Assembly (NCBI GenBank): GCA_944386725.1
Contig: CALXCE010000001.1
Span: forward strand, 95,441-159,440
Direction: 5' to 3'
Origin: an uncultured Clostridia bacterium
GTDB taxonomy: Bacteria > Bacillota > Clostridia > TANB77 > CAG-508
DNA: 64,000 nt
The notes below the pieces were generated by a model that had not been told where the DNA came from, did not search any database, and was given only the letters and a program-made list of their open reading frames with translations. This document shows positions 31,988 to 43,274 of this stretch, in pieces (position 1 is the stretch's first letter; each line of letters starts with the position of its first letter). Position numbers and translations under genes: made by a program.

Positions 31988-32713
31988 ATGGATCATTCAA
32001 ATCTTATTTTATACACCATTAAGCCTGGTGATACTTTATATAATTTGGCGATTATGTATGGAACAACTGTACAAGATATTATAAATAACAACCTAGCATT
32101 AGATCCTTACAACTTGCCTATTGGTCAACAGATTTATATTAATGCTTCTTCTCATAATCCTTATGATTATTGGTTGAGTATAAATCAACTTAACCTTATA
32201 GAAAACATGAATTTAGCATGGATTGAGCATATTTTGTGGACTCGTATGCTTCTCATTAGTATTGCAGAAGATTTAAATGATTTAGATGCCACACAAAATC
32301 GTTTATTAAAAAATCCTAAAGATATAGCTGATATCTTTAGAAAGTATTATGGAAATAATATTGCAAATACAATTCAAAAATTATTAACAGAGCATTTGGT
32401 TATTGGTAAGGATTTAATTGTTGCATTAAAAAACAAGAATGAAAAATTAGCTCAAGAATTAAATAAAAAATGGTATAAAAATGCTGATGATATGGCTAAG
32501 GCATTTAGTAGCATTAACCCTTTTTATCCCAAAGAACAAGTACGAAATATGTTATATGAGCATTTAAGATTGACTACTCAGGAAGTTTCAGCTCGTTTGA
32601 AAGGAGATTATTCTGCAGATATTCGAGCTTACGATATGGTTCAAAAAGAAATTTTGGATATGTCACAATTTTTTGTAGATGGAATTGTACAACAATTTCC
32701 TAATAATTTTTAG
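31988..32713 (+). CDS. LysM-domain protein (probably spore-associated)
   Basis: YTIKPGDTLYNLA...GQQIYI LysM followed by WIEHILWTR and EHL repeats. Confidence 0.8.
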   Translation: MDHSNLILYTIKPGDTLYNLAIMYGTTVQDIINNNLALDPYNLPIGQQIYINASSHNPYDYWLSINQLNLIENMNLAWIEHILWTRMLLISIAEDLNDLDATQNRLLKNPKDIADIFRKYYGNNIANTIQKLLTEHLVIGKDLIVALKNKNEKLAQELNKKWYKNADDMAKAFSSINPFYPKEQVRNMLYEHLRLTTQEVSARLKGDYSADIRAYDMVQKEILDMSQFFVDGIVQQFPNNF

Positions 32714-32726
32714 AATATAAAATATG

Positions 32727-32780
32727 GCGGAAATTAGACTTTCTGGCAATTTACTTCGCTCAAGAAAATCTTAATTCCGC
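32727..32780. terminator. Hairpin between convergent genes
   Basis: GCGGAAATTAGACTTTCT...AGAAAATCTTAATTCCGC followed by a T-run. Confidence 0.55.
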
Positions 32781-32824
32781 TTTTTCTCTTTTATCCAATC
32801 TTTTTTTGTTATACATTATATTTT

Positions 32825-34055
32825 TTAATTCTGCTTATCTTTATACATATTTACTATATCTTTGAAACTCATTTTTGTACCATAATTTAATATTGCATTT
32901 GAATATATTTTTATAGCTACTTTTGCTATCACTAATATTGTAACAATTAAAATTACGATTGATATTGCGACATCTGTTGTGCTAGCTAATCCCATCATAA
33001 TTCGAAAAGGCATACAAAATGGTGATGATATTGGGAACAAAGAAGCAAATAAGTTTAATTCACTTGTTGGATTCATCATAGTAAAGTAGGATAGATAAAA
33101 TCCTATTACAGCTAATATAGCAACTGGTGTATTGGCTGATTGTATATCTTCTGGTTTACTTACTGTTGAGCCTGTTAAGGCATATAATAGACTGTATGTA
33201 AAATATCCTAATACAAAGTATATAATAGTAATAATTCCTAAATATGGTGTAATATTAGACATATCTAATACAGATTTTAGTAATTCTGGCTCTAAAAATG
33301 CTTTGGCACTTATTAATGCGGTTCCTACTATTAATAGCATTTGAATTAAACCAACCATTCCTATTCCTACTGTTTTTCCGAATCACAATTGTTCTTGGAC
33401 TGGTTGATGTTATTAATGTTTCCATTATTTTAGATGTCTTTTCTGTTGTTATGGAACTTGATACTTGATATGCACAAAAATAGATTGCATAGAACAATGC
33501 TAATGACATTAACATCATGGCAAGTATATTTCCACTTGCTTTTTCTTCTTCTGTCTGTTCCAAGCTAAATTCAAAATTAGGTGTGATAGATTGCAACTGT
33601 TCTTGCGTTAATCCTAGTTTACTAATTTGTATGTTTGAATATAGGGTATTGATGCTATTTACTAAAGTTTCTGGTACTTCTTCCATTAAATTTGTGTTTT
33701 CTACTATGTATCTTATTTTAATGTTATTTTCTTGTTTTTCTATTATAATTGCTGATTCTATTTCTTCATTTTCTATTTTCTGTTTTATTTCATCATAAGA
33801 AAATTCTCCTGTTTCTATTTCATATCCTAAATCGGCTTGTTTTAATAATTCTAGGTTACCTTCAAAAATATTTTGTTTATCTATGATTAAAAGTTTCTCC
33901 TCTAAGTCATTGTCTCCTTTTACTGCTTTTATCATATTAGGAACATTAAATCCTATTACAATTAATATTAAAATAATTAATGTAGATATGATAAAAGATT
34001 TTCTTTTTAGCATCTCTTTTATTGTAAATTTCATGACTGTTATTATATCTTTCAT
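32825..34055 (-). CDS. ABC-2 permease (YhaP/NatB-like), +1 shift at CGG 33378-33380
   Basis: EKTSKIMETLITSTSPRTIVI-(C)-GKTVGIGMVGLIQ joins the two ORFs into ~409 aa. Confidence 0.88.
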
Positions 34056-34124
34056 TTTTCTATTCCTTTCTCTTTTATTCTAAAATTTAATTTTAAAAAG
34101 AAACAAGTATCGCTAAGCAAAATT

Positions 34125-35012
34125 TTAGCTCACCTTCTCAATAAAAATATCATTAAGAGTTGGCTTTTTCACTTCAAACTTATTTACCTTTATGTCATTT
34201 TCAATTAATTTTCTTAAAAGCTTATGTGCCTTCTCTTCTTCTGCTATCTTTATTACATACTTATTATCTGTTTCATTTTCTATTTCTAATTCAAAATCTT
34301 TTATGTATTTACCTATATTTTCATTTACATCTATTTCTACTCTATTAGCAGGATATGTTTCTTTTATCTCTTTTAAGTTTCCTTGTAATACAGTTTTTCC
34401 TTTATTTAATATTAATATATCTCTGCAAAATTCTTCTATGGTTGCCATTTGATGTGCTGACATGATTACATATTTTCCATCTTTCACTAAATTAATTATA
34501 ATATCTCTTAATATTTCTGTATTGACAGGATCTAATCCACTAAATGGTTCATCCAAAACGACTAACTCTGGGTTATGTATGATTGCTGTCATAAATTGTA
34601 TTTTTTGTGCATTTCCTTTTGATAGTTTTTCTGCTGGCATTTGCAAGTATTCTTCTACTTTTAATTTCTTTGCCCACCTATTGATTGATTTTTCTGCTTC
34701 TTGTTTTTTCATTCCTTTTAATTCTGCAAAATACATTAACTGGTCGAATATTTTTGTTTTTGGATATACTCCTCTTTCTTCTGGTAAATATCCAAAATTA
34801 ACACTCTTTCTATCTACTGCTTTTCCCTTCCAAGTAATTTCTCCACTGTCTTTTTTGATAATTCCTAATAACATTCTAATGGTTGTTGTTTTCCCTGCTC
34901 CGTTTGTTCCAAGTAAGCCATATACTCCTGGTTTATCTAATGTTAAAGAAATATTATCAACTGCTTTCTTTCCTACAAATGATTTTGATACATTTTTTAA
35001 TATTAAACTCAT
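34125..35012 (-). CDS. ABC ATP-binding protein (YhaQ/NatA-like)
   Basis: GTNGAGKTT, GYLPEERG, LSKGN, LDEPFSGLDP. Confidence 0.92.
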   Translation of the reverse strand: MSLILKNVSKSFVGKKAVDNISLTLDKPGVYGLLGTNGAGKTTTIRMLLGIIKKDSGEITWKGKAVDRKSVNFGYLPEERGVYPKTKIFDQLMYFAELKGMKKQEAEKSINRWAKKLKVEEYLQMPAEKLSKGNAQKIQFMTAIIHNPELVVLDEPFSGLDPVNTEILRDIIINLVKDGKYVIMSAHQMATIEEFCRDILILNKGKTVLQGNLKEIKETYPANRVEIDVNENIGKYIKDFELEIENETDNKYVIKIAEEEKAHKLLRKLIENDIKVNKFEVKKPTLNDIFIEKVS

Positions 35013-35076
35013 TTTATTTCTCCTTTTTTCAAGTTTTAGATATTATATCATAAAATTATTATGATTCCTATCTTTA

Positions 35077-35796
35077 TTATTTATTTTGTGTAATATCCTT
35101 TACTACTTCTCCTACAACAATTAATCCTGCAACAGATGGAACAAAAGATATGCTTCCTAGCACTTGCCTTTTATTTGTTTTTTCTTCTTGCTTCTCAACA
35201 TCTTTGCTTTGTTGTATTGGTTCTTCTTTTGAATAGACTACTTTAAGACCTTTTATCCCTCTTTTTCTTAATTCTTTTCTCATAACTTTTGCTAAAGGAC
35301 ATATGCTAGTTTTATAAATATCAGTTACTTCAAATTTCGTTGGATTTAATTTATTTCCTGTTCCCATACTGGATATAATCGGAATATTCAATTTATTGGC
35401 TCTTACTACCAATTCGATTTTAGCTGTTACAGTATCTACTGCATCTACTATATAATCAACTGTATTATCTAAAATTTTTTTGCTATCTGGCATAAAAAAT
35501 TCTTGATAGATTTCTACCTTTGCATCTGGATTAATTTCTAATATTCTTTCTTTTGCCACTTCTACTTTTGGCCTTCCTATTGTTTTTCTAGTTGCTATTA
35601 TCTGTCTATTTATATTTGTTATATCAATGTTATCTGCATCTACTAATATAAAGTTTCCAATTCCTGCTCTTACTAACCCTTCTACTACAAAAGAACCTAC
35701 TCCTCCTATTCCAAATATAGCTACTTTTGCATTTTGTAATTTTTCTATTCCATCTTTTCCTATTAAGGATTCTGTTCTTGAAAATTGATTTAACAT
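35077..35796 (-). CDS. tcdA: tRNA threonylcarbamoyladenosine dehydratase (ThiF family)
   Basis: GIGGVGS, TNINRQ, DAVDTVTAK, CPLAKVMRKELR, GSISFVP. Confidence 0.85.
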   Translation of the reverse strand: MLNQFSRTESLIGKDGIEKLQNAKVAIFGIGGVGSFVVEGLVRAGIGNFILVDADNIDITNINRQIIATRKTIGRPKVEVAKERILEINPDAKVEIYQEFFMPDSKKILDNTVDYIVDAVDTVTAKIELVVRANKLNIPIISSMGTGNKLNPTKFEVTDIYKTSICPLAKVMRKELRKRGIKGLKVVYSKEEPIQQSKDVEKQEEKTNKRQVLGSISFVPSVAGLIVVGEVVKDITQNK

Positions 35797-35835
35797 TTTT
35801 TATTGCATTCCCTTCTTCTGATATTATAAACGGTT

Positions 35836-38367
35836 TTACAAGATTTCAGTAACTTCAAATCCCACTTCTAGTATAGCATTTTTAATTTTATCATTTTTAA
35901 TTTCTTGGTTTGATTCTATGACTGCTTTTTTATCTTCTAGACTTACTTCTACTTTCGTAACTCCTTCTATAGAATTTAAAGCTTTTTCCACGGTCATTTT
36001 ACAATGATTACATTGCATTCCTTCTATCCTAATTGTTTTTACCATTTTACCTTCCTCCTTCTTTTTATGATTTCTATTTGTTTTGAATTTTCTTAATCGT
36101 AAAGCATTTGCAACAACACAAACAGAACTTAAACTCATAGCAGCAGCACCAATCATTGGATTTAGTTTTAATCCAAAAATTGGGTAAAATATTCCACAAG
36201 CTACTGGTATTCCTATTATGTTATAGAAAAATGCCCAAAATAAATTCATTTTTATGTTTCTTATAACTGCTCTACTTAAATCTATTGCTGTAACAACATC
36301 TAATAAAGTATCTTTCATTAAAACAATATCAGCTGATTCGATGGCTATATCTGTTCCCGAACCAATTGCTATTCCAACATCTGCTTTTACCAAAGCTGGA
36401 CTATCGTTAATGCCATCCCCCACAAAAGCTACCTTTTTTCCATCTCTTTGTAATTTTGCTACCTCTTTTTCTTTATCTTGTGGTAATACTTCAGAAATAA
36501 CTTTGAGGGTTCCTAGTTCGTTTCCAATGGTTTCTGCAACAGCTTTATTATCACCTGTTATCATAACAACTTCTATGTTTTTTCTTTTTAGTTCTTGAAT
36601 AGCTTCATGGCTTGTATTTTTAATGGTATCCGCTACTGCTATCATTCCAAGTACAGTATTTTTATCGGCAAAGTATAATACTGTTTTCCCTTGCTTTAAT
36701 AGTTTGTCGCTTTGTAAAGTTATTTTGTTTGTATCAATATTATTTTCTTTCATAAAAGCTATATTTCCACCGAAGTATTCTATGCCATCAATTTTTCCTT
36801 TGACTCCTCTACCTGAAACAGCTACAAAATCTGTTGTATTGGCTAACTCTATTTTTTCTTCTTTTACTCTTTCCATAATGGCTTCCGCTAATGGATGTTC
36901 TGAATTTTTTTCCAAACTTCCTGCTATTTTTAGTAATTCTTTTTGTGGTAGATTCGTAACAATATCTATAACTTTTGGCTTTCCTTCCGTGATGGTTCCT
37001 GTTTTATCTAGTACTACTGTATCCACCAAATGTAACAGTTCTAAACTTTCTGCTGACTTTATTAGTATTCCATTTTCTGCTCCTTTTCCCGTTCCTACCA
37101 TAATAGCTACTGGTGTTGCTAATCCTAATGCACATGGACATGATATGACTAAAACGGCTATTCCCATTGTTAAGGCAAATTCAAAACTCTGCCCTGCTAA
37201 AATCCATATAATGACGGTAAGAATCGCTATACCAATTACAGCTGGTACAAATATAGAGCTTACTTTGTCGGCTATTTTTGATATAGGTGCTTTTGAATTA
37301 CTTGCTTCTTCTACTAATTTTATAATTTGCGAAAGTGTTGTGTTATCTCCTACTTTTGTGGCTTTCATCTTTAAATATCCATTTTTGTTAATTGTTCCAG
37401 AAACCACATTGTCGCCTACCGTTTTTTCTACTGGGATACTTTCTCCTGTTATGGTAGATTGATCTACTGATGAACTTCCTTCTATGATAACTCCATCTAC
37501 AGGAATACCCCCTCCTGGTTTTATTACAATTATATCTCCAACAGCTATTTCTTCTATGTCTACTTCTATTTCTTTTTCTTCTCTCATAACGATTGCTGTT
37601 TTGGGTGCTAAATTAATTAATTTACCAATAGCGTCACTTGTTTTTCCTTTTGATTTTGTTTCTAAATATTTTCCTACCGTAATTAAGGTAAGTATGGTTC
37701 CTGCTGATTCAAAGTAAATATCCATAGAATATCGTTTAACTAACTCTATTTGATTATGCCCTAATCCATAGCCTATCATATAAATTGCAAAAATCCCATA
37801 TACAGTTGCCGCTGTACTGCCAATCGCAATTAGAGAATCCATATTGGGTGTACCTTTGCATAATCTTTTAAATCCAACAATGAAATAGTTTCTATTTACA
37901 TATAGAATTGGAATTAATAATAAGAATTGAGTAAATGCAAAAGTAATTGCATTTTCATTTCCATGAAATAAATTTTTTATTATTTGAGGAACCGGTAAAT
38001 TAAACCATTCATATAACATATGGTGCATTGCTATGTACATAAGTGGTATTAAAAAACATATGGATATAATTAGCCTTTTTTTCATGGATTTAATATTGTC
38101 TTTTGTCTTATCTGTTTTTTCTTTCTTATTTATTTTTTTACCTTTATTTTCATCTTCTTGTAATGTTGCTCCATATCCTGCATCTATTACTGCTTTTATA
38201 ATCTCATTTTGATTTAAAATATTTTCGTCATATTCCACTTGCATATTATTTGATAGTAAATTAACGTTAACATTTTTTATTCCCTGTAATTTACTTACTG
38301 CCTTTTCAACATGTGAAGAACAACTACTACAGGTCATTCCTTGTATATCAAATTTAGACTTTTTCAT
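35836..38367 (-). CDS. copA: Copper-translocating P1B-type ATPase with N- and C-terminal HMA domains
   Basis: GMTCSSC, CPCALG, DKTGT, SEHPLA, GDGIND, YN...MSLSS, GMQCNHC. Confidence 0.93.
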   Translation of the reverse strand: MKKSKFDIQGMTCSSCSSHVEKAVSKLQGIKNVNVNLLSNNMQVEYDENILNQNEIIKAVIDAGYGATLQEDENKGKKINKKEKTDKTKDNIKSMKKRLIISICFLIPLMYIAMHHMLYEWFNLPVPQIIKNLFHGNENAITFAFTQFLLLIPILYVNRNYFIVGFKRLCKGTPNMDSLIAIGSTAATVYGIFAIYMIGYGLGHNQIELVKRYSMDIYFESAGTILTLITVGKYLETKSKGKTSDAIGKLINLAPKTAIVMREEKEIEVDIEEIAVGDIIVIKPGGGIPVDGVIIEGSSSVDQSTITGESIPVEKTVGDNVVSGTINKNGYLKMKATKVGDNTTLSQIIKLVEEASNSKAPISKIADKVSSIFVPAVIGIAILTVIIWILAGQSFEFALTMGIAVLVISCPCALGLATPVAIMVGTGKGAENGILIKSAESLELLHLVDTVVLDKTGTITEGKPKVIDIVTNLPQKELLKIAGSLEKNSEHPLAEAIMERVKEEKIELANTTDFVAVSGRGVKGKIDGIEYFGGNIAFMKENNIDTNKITLQSDKLLKQGKTVLYFADKNTVLGMIAVADTIKNTSHEAIQELKRKNIEVVMITGDNKAVAETIGNELGTLKVISEVLPQDKEKEVAKLQRDGKKVAFVGDGINDSPALVKADVGIAIGSGTDIAIESADIVLMKDTLLDVVTAIDLSRAVIRNIKMNLFWAFFYNIIGIPVACGIFYPIFGLKLNPMIGAAAMSLSSVCVVANALRLRKFKTNRNHKKKEEGKMVKTIRIEGMQCNHCKMTVEKALNSIEGVTKVEVSLEDKKAVIESNQEIKNDKIKNAILEVGFEVTEIL

Positions 38368-38405
38368 ATAGGCTTACTCCTAAAAATAATTAACTTTTAT
38401 ATTTC

Positions 38406-39548
38406 TTACAACTCAATTACTTTCTCCCAATTTAAATTTTCCTTTCCAAAATGTCCATAATTCGTCGTCTTTGTATAAATTGGTTTTCTTAAATCCAAAT
38501 AATTGATAATACCCCTTGGTGTTAAATCAAATTTATTCTCAATTTTACGAATAATTTCTTCTTCTGGAATAGTATTGGTTCCCAATGTATCTACATAGAT
38601 AGAAACTGGTTTTGCAACTCCTATTGCATAAGAAAATTGTATTTCGCATTTTTTTGCATACCCATTTGCAACTATGTTCTTAGCAATAAACCTTGCCATA
38701 TAAGCTGCAGACCTGTCCACTTTTGTTGCGTCCTTTCCCGAAAAAGCTCCACCTCCGTGTCTTGCATATCCTCCATAGGTATCTACTATAATCTTTCTTC
38801 CTGTTAAACCGCTATCTCCTAATGGTCCTCCAATTACAAATCTTCCTGTTGGATTGATAAAATATTTTGTTTTTTCATCTAGTAATTCTTGTGGTACTAC
38901 TTCGCTTATTACTTTTTCTTTGATATCTCTTTTTAATGTTTCTAAATCCACTTCTTCTTTATGTTGCGTGGATATGACTATGGTATCTACTCGAATTGGC
39001 TTAGTATCTTCATATTCAACCGTAACTTGTACTTTTCCATCTGGTCTTAAATAATTAATGATATTTTGTTTTCTTACTTCTGATAATCTTTTGGCTAGTT
39101 TATGTGCTAATGATATTGGTAATGGCATAAATTCCTTTGTTTCATCACACGCAAATCCAAACATAATCCCTTGATCTCCTGCTCCTTCGGAATTTAATTC
39201 TTCTCCTTCTTTCGTTTCTAATGCTTTATCTACTCCTAAAGCAATATCAGGTGATTGTTTTGAAATACTAATGGTTATTTTACAGGTTCTATAGTCCATG
39301 TCCAAATTACTGTTATCATAGCCTATCTCTTTGATTGCTTGTCTTACCACTTTTTCTATGTCAACTTCTGCTAGTGACGTAATTTCTCCTGTGATAAAGA
39401 TTTCTCCTTTTCCTGCTACTGTTTCACATGCTACTCTTGCATTTTCATCTTTTGCTAAATAGCTATCCAAAATGCTATCTGATATATAATCACATAGTTT
39501 ATCTGGATGCCCTTCTGTTACACTTTCTGATGTAAATAATTTTTTCAT
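38406..39548 (-). CDS. metK: S-adenosylmethionine synthetase
   Basis: [26 protein letters not shown]. Confidence 0.98.
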   Translation of the reverse strand: MKKLFTSESVTEGHPDKLCDYISDSILDSYLAKDENARVACETVAGKGEIFITGEITSLAEVDIEKVVRQAIKEIGYDNSNLDMDYRTCKITISISKQSPDIALGVDKALETKEGEELNSEGAGDQGIMFGFACDETKEFMPLPISLAHKLAKRLSEVRKQNIINYLRPDGKVQVTVEYEDTKPIRVDTIVISTQHKEEVDLETLKRDIKEKVISEVVPQELLDEKTKYFINPTGRFVIGGPLGDSGLTGRKIIVDTYGGYARHGGGAFSGKDATKVDRSAAYMARFIAKNIVANGYAKKCEIQFSYAIGVAKPVSIYVDTLGTNTIPEEEIIRKIENKFDLTPRGIINYLDLRKPIYTKTTNYGHFGKENLNWEKVIEL

Positions 39549-39580
39549 ATTAGGTCAATCCTTTCTTTGTTTGATGTTTA

Positions 39581-40637
39581 TTATTTTTCTATCTTTCCTC
39601 CACCTAGGACGATATCTCCTACATAAAAAACTGCTGATTGTCCTGGAGTAATTGCCCTTTGAGGTTCTAAGAATTTTACTTTTATCTGATGTCCTTCTTG
39701 TTTTATTTTCGCTTTTGCTTGCTTTGATGAATATCTAGTTTTTACTTCCACTTCCATTTCTTCTTTTACATCATCTACTAAAAGTAAATTAATATCTGTT
39801 ACCGTAATTTCTTTTTTGTATAGTTCTTTTTCTTCTCCAACAATTACTTCATTTTTAGCTTTATTGAATCCTAGCACAAATAATGGCACTTTATAAGATA
39901 TTCCAAGACCTTTTCTTTGTCCTATTGTGTAATTATATAATCCTGTATGTTTTCCTAGAATTTCTCCTTTAGAATTTACGATGTTTCCTTTTTTTGGTTT
40001 TATAGCAGAATTGTTTTCTAAAAATTTTTTATAATTGCCATCTGGAACAAAACAAATATCTTCACTGTCTGGTTTATTAGCTACTTTTAAATTTTTTTCT
40101 CTTGCAATTTCTCTTATTTGTTCTTTATTTTCAAAATCGGCCAGTGGAAATAATACATGTTCGATTAATTCTTTTGGTATGCTCCATAAGACATAGCTTT
40201 GATCTTTTTTGCCAGCTTTCGATTTCTTTAATACCCATCTTTGATATTCTTCACTATATTCTGTTTTCGTATAATGACCAGTTGCAATATAATTACATCC
40301 TAATTCTTTTGCTTTTTTCCACATATAACCAAACTTCATATATTTGTTACATTCGATACATGGATTTGGCGTTTTACAGTTTGCATAACAATTGATAAAA
40401 TCATCTATAATATATTTTCTAAAATCTTCTTTACAATCATAGGTAAAGTGTGGTATTCCAATTGAGTTGCATACATTTTTTGCATCTAAATAAGTGTTGG
40501 TATTGCAACAACTACTGCCTATAAATAGTTCTAGTGTTGTTCCTATTACTTCGTATCCTTTTTCTTTTAACAGCAATGCTGATACGCTACTATCAACGCC
40601 TCCACTCATTCCGAATCAATACTTTTTTATTTTCCAT
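39581..40637 (-). CDS. mnmA: tRNA 2-thiouridylase, +1 shift at CGG 40611-40613 (codon 9)
   Basis: MENKKVLI-(C)-GMSGGVDSS; TPNPC, ATGHY, KDQSY, TIGQRKG, TPGQ. Confidence 0.93.
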
Positions 40638-40651
40638 TTATCTCTTCCTTT

Positions 40652-41119
40652 TTAATGACATTCTTCTATCTTGCCATTCCCCTCTTCTTTATTTTTATCT
40701 AACATATCTTCTAATGTATGCCAAGCAAGTAGTGCACACTTTACTCTAGCTGGCATATTCGATACATTTTTGAAAGCAATTGCATCCTCTAATTTTTTTA
40801 ATTCTTCTTCATTAGTTGTTTCTCTTTTTATCATTTCAATAAATGTCTTAATTATTTCTTTTGCTTCTTCTATTGTTTTTCCTTTTAGCGTATCTATCAT
40901 AATAGAAGTAGAAGCTTGAGAAATCGCACACCCATGTCCTAAAAATGCCATATCTTCAATTACATTTCCATTTAGTTTTAATTCTAATGTAATTTCATCA
41001 CCACAATTTGGATTATGTCCTATTTCACAATAATCTGCATTTTCTAATTTCTTTTTATTGTAGGAACTCATGCTGTGTTCCATGATTAATTCGTTATAAA
41101 CTTCTGTTAAATCTTCCAT
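40652..41119 (-). CDS. sufU: SUF system scaffold/sulfur-transfer protein SufU
   Basis: NPNCGD, GCAISQAS, PARVKCALLAW. Confidence 0.93.
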   Translation of the reverse strand: MEDLTEVYNELIMEHSMSSYNKKKLENADYCEIGHNPNCGDEITLELKLNGNVIEDMAFLGHGCAISQASTSIMIDTLKGKTIEEAKEIIKTFIEMIKRETTNEEELKKLEDAIAFKNVSNMPARVKCALLAWHTLEDMLDKNKEEGNGKIEECH

Positions 41120-41150
41120 AAAAAAATCCTTTCTTTTTATATAAACAAAA

Positions 41151-41316
41151 TAATAATAATTTTTGAGAAATTTTGATTGAAAGTAATCGAGTTAGAAATT
41201 GTTGAAGACATTTTAGGGAAAATGTTCAAACTTGCTTTGAAAGGGTGCCCTAAAATTCGATTACAATTTCTTACGAGATTAGCTTGAACGATAAATTTCA
41301 AAAAAATTAATTATTA
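41151..41316. repeat. ~165-bp long imperfect hairpin between sufS and sufU
   Basis: Nested arms AGAAATTGT/ACAATTTCT, ATTTTAGGG/CCCTAAAAT, TTCAAA/TTTGAA. Confidence 0.6.
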
Positions 41317-42545
41317 TTTTTTCAAATTTATATATTTTTTAAACATCTCATAAGCTTTATTTAAAGCTATCACAAGCTTATCCACATCCTCTTTTGTATT
41401 ATAAAAATAAAAACTTGCTCTACAAGTAGAATCTATTCCTAGAAATCTCATAAGTGGTTGTGCACAATGATTTCCTGACCTTATGCATACTCCTTCGCTA
41501 TCTAGAATACTTGCTACGTCATGTGGATGAACACCTTTTATATTAAACGAAATAACTGCTGAATGATTTTCTTTGTTTGGTGTTAAGTATAGGCTCAAGT
41601 AATCTAATTTTGACAATTCTTGCCTTGCATATAAAACTACTTCTTTTTCTATTTCTTGTATTTTATCATAACCTATATTCTCTATATAGTCAATTGCTGA
41701 ACCTAAACCAATTACTCCTTCTACATTTTGCGTTCCTGCTTCAAATTTATTAGGAAGTGGTGCAAATGTGGTCTCTTGTTCATAGACATATTCTATCATA
41801 TCTCCGCCCATTAAGAAAGGGTTCATTTTATTTAATATTTCTTTTTTAGCATATAACACTCCGATTCCAAGTGGTGCTAACATTTTATGTCCGAGAGAAC
41901 ACTAAAAAATCGCAATCTAAATCTTGTACATCTATTTTCATATGAGGTATACTTTGTGATGCATCTACAATAACAATTGCTCCTTTTTTGTGTGCTTGTT
42001 TTATAATTTTCCTTACATTATTGATTGTTCCGAACTACGTTTGAAAGATGTGTAATTCCAACTATTTTTGTCTTATCTGTGATTTTACTTTCTATTTCTT
42101 CATCTGATATTTCAAACTCATCATTAATATACATATAATTTAGCTTACTTCCTGCTTGCTTTGCTACTTTTTGCCATGGAACTAAATTAGAATGATGCTC
42201 CATAATTGAGATAACAATTTCATCATCTTTTTTTAGGTTGTCCATTCCATAAGAATAAGCAATTAAATTTAGACTCTCTGTTGCATTTTTTGAAAATATA
42301 ATTTCTTCCCTATGCTTACTATTTATAAATTTAGCTATTTTGGTTCTAGTATTTTCATAACTTTGGGTTGCATCCATGCTTAAAGAGTATGCTCCTCTAT
42401 GTGGGTTTGCATTATATTTTTCGTAAAATTCTTCTACTGCTTTTATGACTTGAATTGGTTTTTGTGTGGTTGCTCCACTGTCTAAGTATGTAATCTTTCT
42501 GTTTTGTAATATTGGAAAATCTTTTTTTATTTCAATTGAATTCAT
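41314..42545 (-). CDS. sufS: Cysteine desulfurase SufS, two +1 shifts at CGG 42030-42032 and 41891-41893
   Basis: [11 protein letters not shown]; HLSNVV-(C)-GTIN; DFLVFS-(C)-GHKMLAP (PLP lysine); RSGNHCA; ~409 aa after both skips. Confidence 0.92.
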
Positions 42546-42734
42546 TTTTGTTTTTCCTCTCTTAATTAAACTATTTTATTTCTAATCGAAATTTTATGTC
42601 CATCCTCTTAAATCTAAAGGATTCATTCAATAAAAAATATTAAACCTATATATGAAAATCCCAAGTGTATATTCATTTTTTATCTCACTTTCAAATTACT
42701 ATTTTCTATTAAATTACTAAATTGTAATTTCTTG

Positions 42735-43247
42735 TTATATTCCAAATTCTTTTGCATATTCCACTATACCAGTTATTTCTGCATCTGTATCATTCAATTT
42801 TATTGCCATAAAATTTTCATTTGGTACTTCAAATGGTGCTGTTATTCCATATTGACTTGCTGGTATATAACCTGTTTTTGAATAATATTTTTCACTTCCT
42901 AAAACAATAGAATAATGGTAACCTAGTTTTTTTGCTATTTTGTGTCCTTTTTCTATCAATGTCTTTCCTATACCTTGTTTTTGATATTTTGGTAGTATTC
43001 CAAGTGGTGCTAATGCTAATTCATCATATTCTCCTATTTTTATTTTCGTAAATAATATATAACCAACTATTTTATTGTCTTGTATTGCCACCAAAGATAG
43101 TTCTGGAATAAAATTATTGCTTTTTCTTAAATCTACTACTAAATCTTGTTCATTTCCATCACTATGCTTTGCTGTCGCAAACGCTGTTTTTACTACATTA
43201 TATACTTCATCATAATCTTCTTTATTTTCTTGTCTTATTTCTAACAT
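42735..43247 (-). CDS. GNAT N-acetyltransferase (YhbS-like) inside the suf operon
   Basis: LAPLGILPKYQKQGIGK, VLGSEKYY. Confidence 0.85.
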   Translation of the reverse strand: MLEIRQENKEDYDEVYNVVKTAFATAKHSDGNEQDLVVDLRKSNNFIPELSLVAIQDNKIVGYILFTKIKIGEYDELALAPLGILPKYQKQGIGKTLIEKGHKIAKKLGYHYSIVLGSEKYYSKTGYIPASQYGITAPFEVPNENFMAIKLNDTDAEITGIVEYAKEFGI

Positions 43248-43274
43248 TGCTAATCTCCCCTACAAATTAACTTA

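Noticed and set aside
36254-37717. Long antisense ORFs (e.g. 36623..37462, 34462..35064, 10851..11462)
   Set aside because: They are shadows of well-supported minus-strand genes and have no motifs.
39549-39580. SAM riboswitch before metK
   Set aside because: The intergenic space is only ~30 nt.
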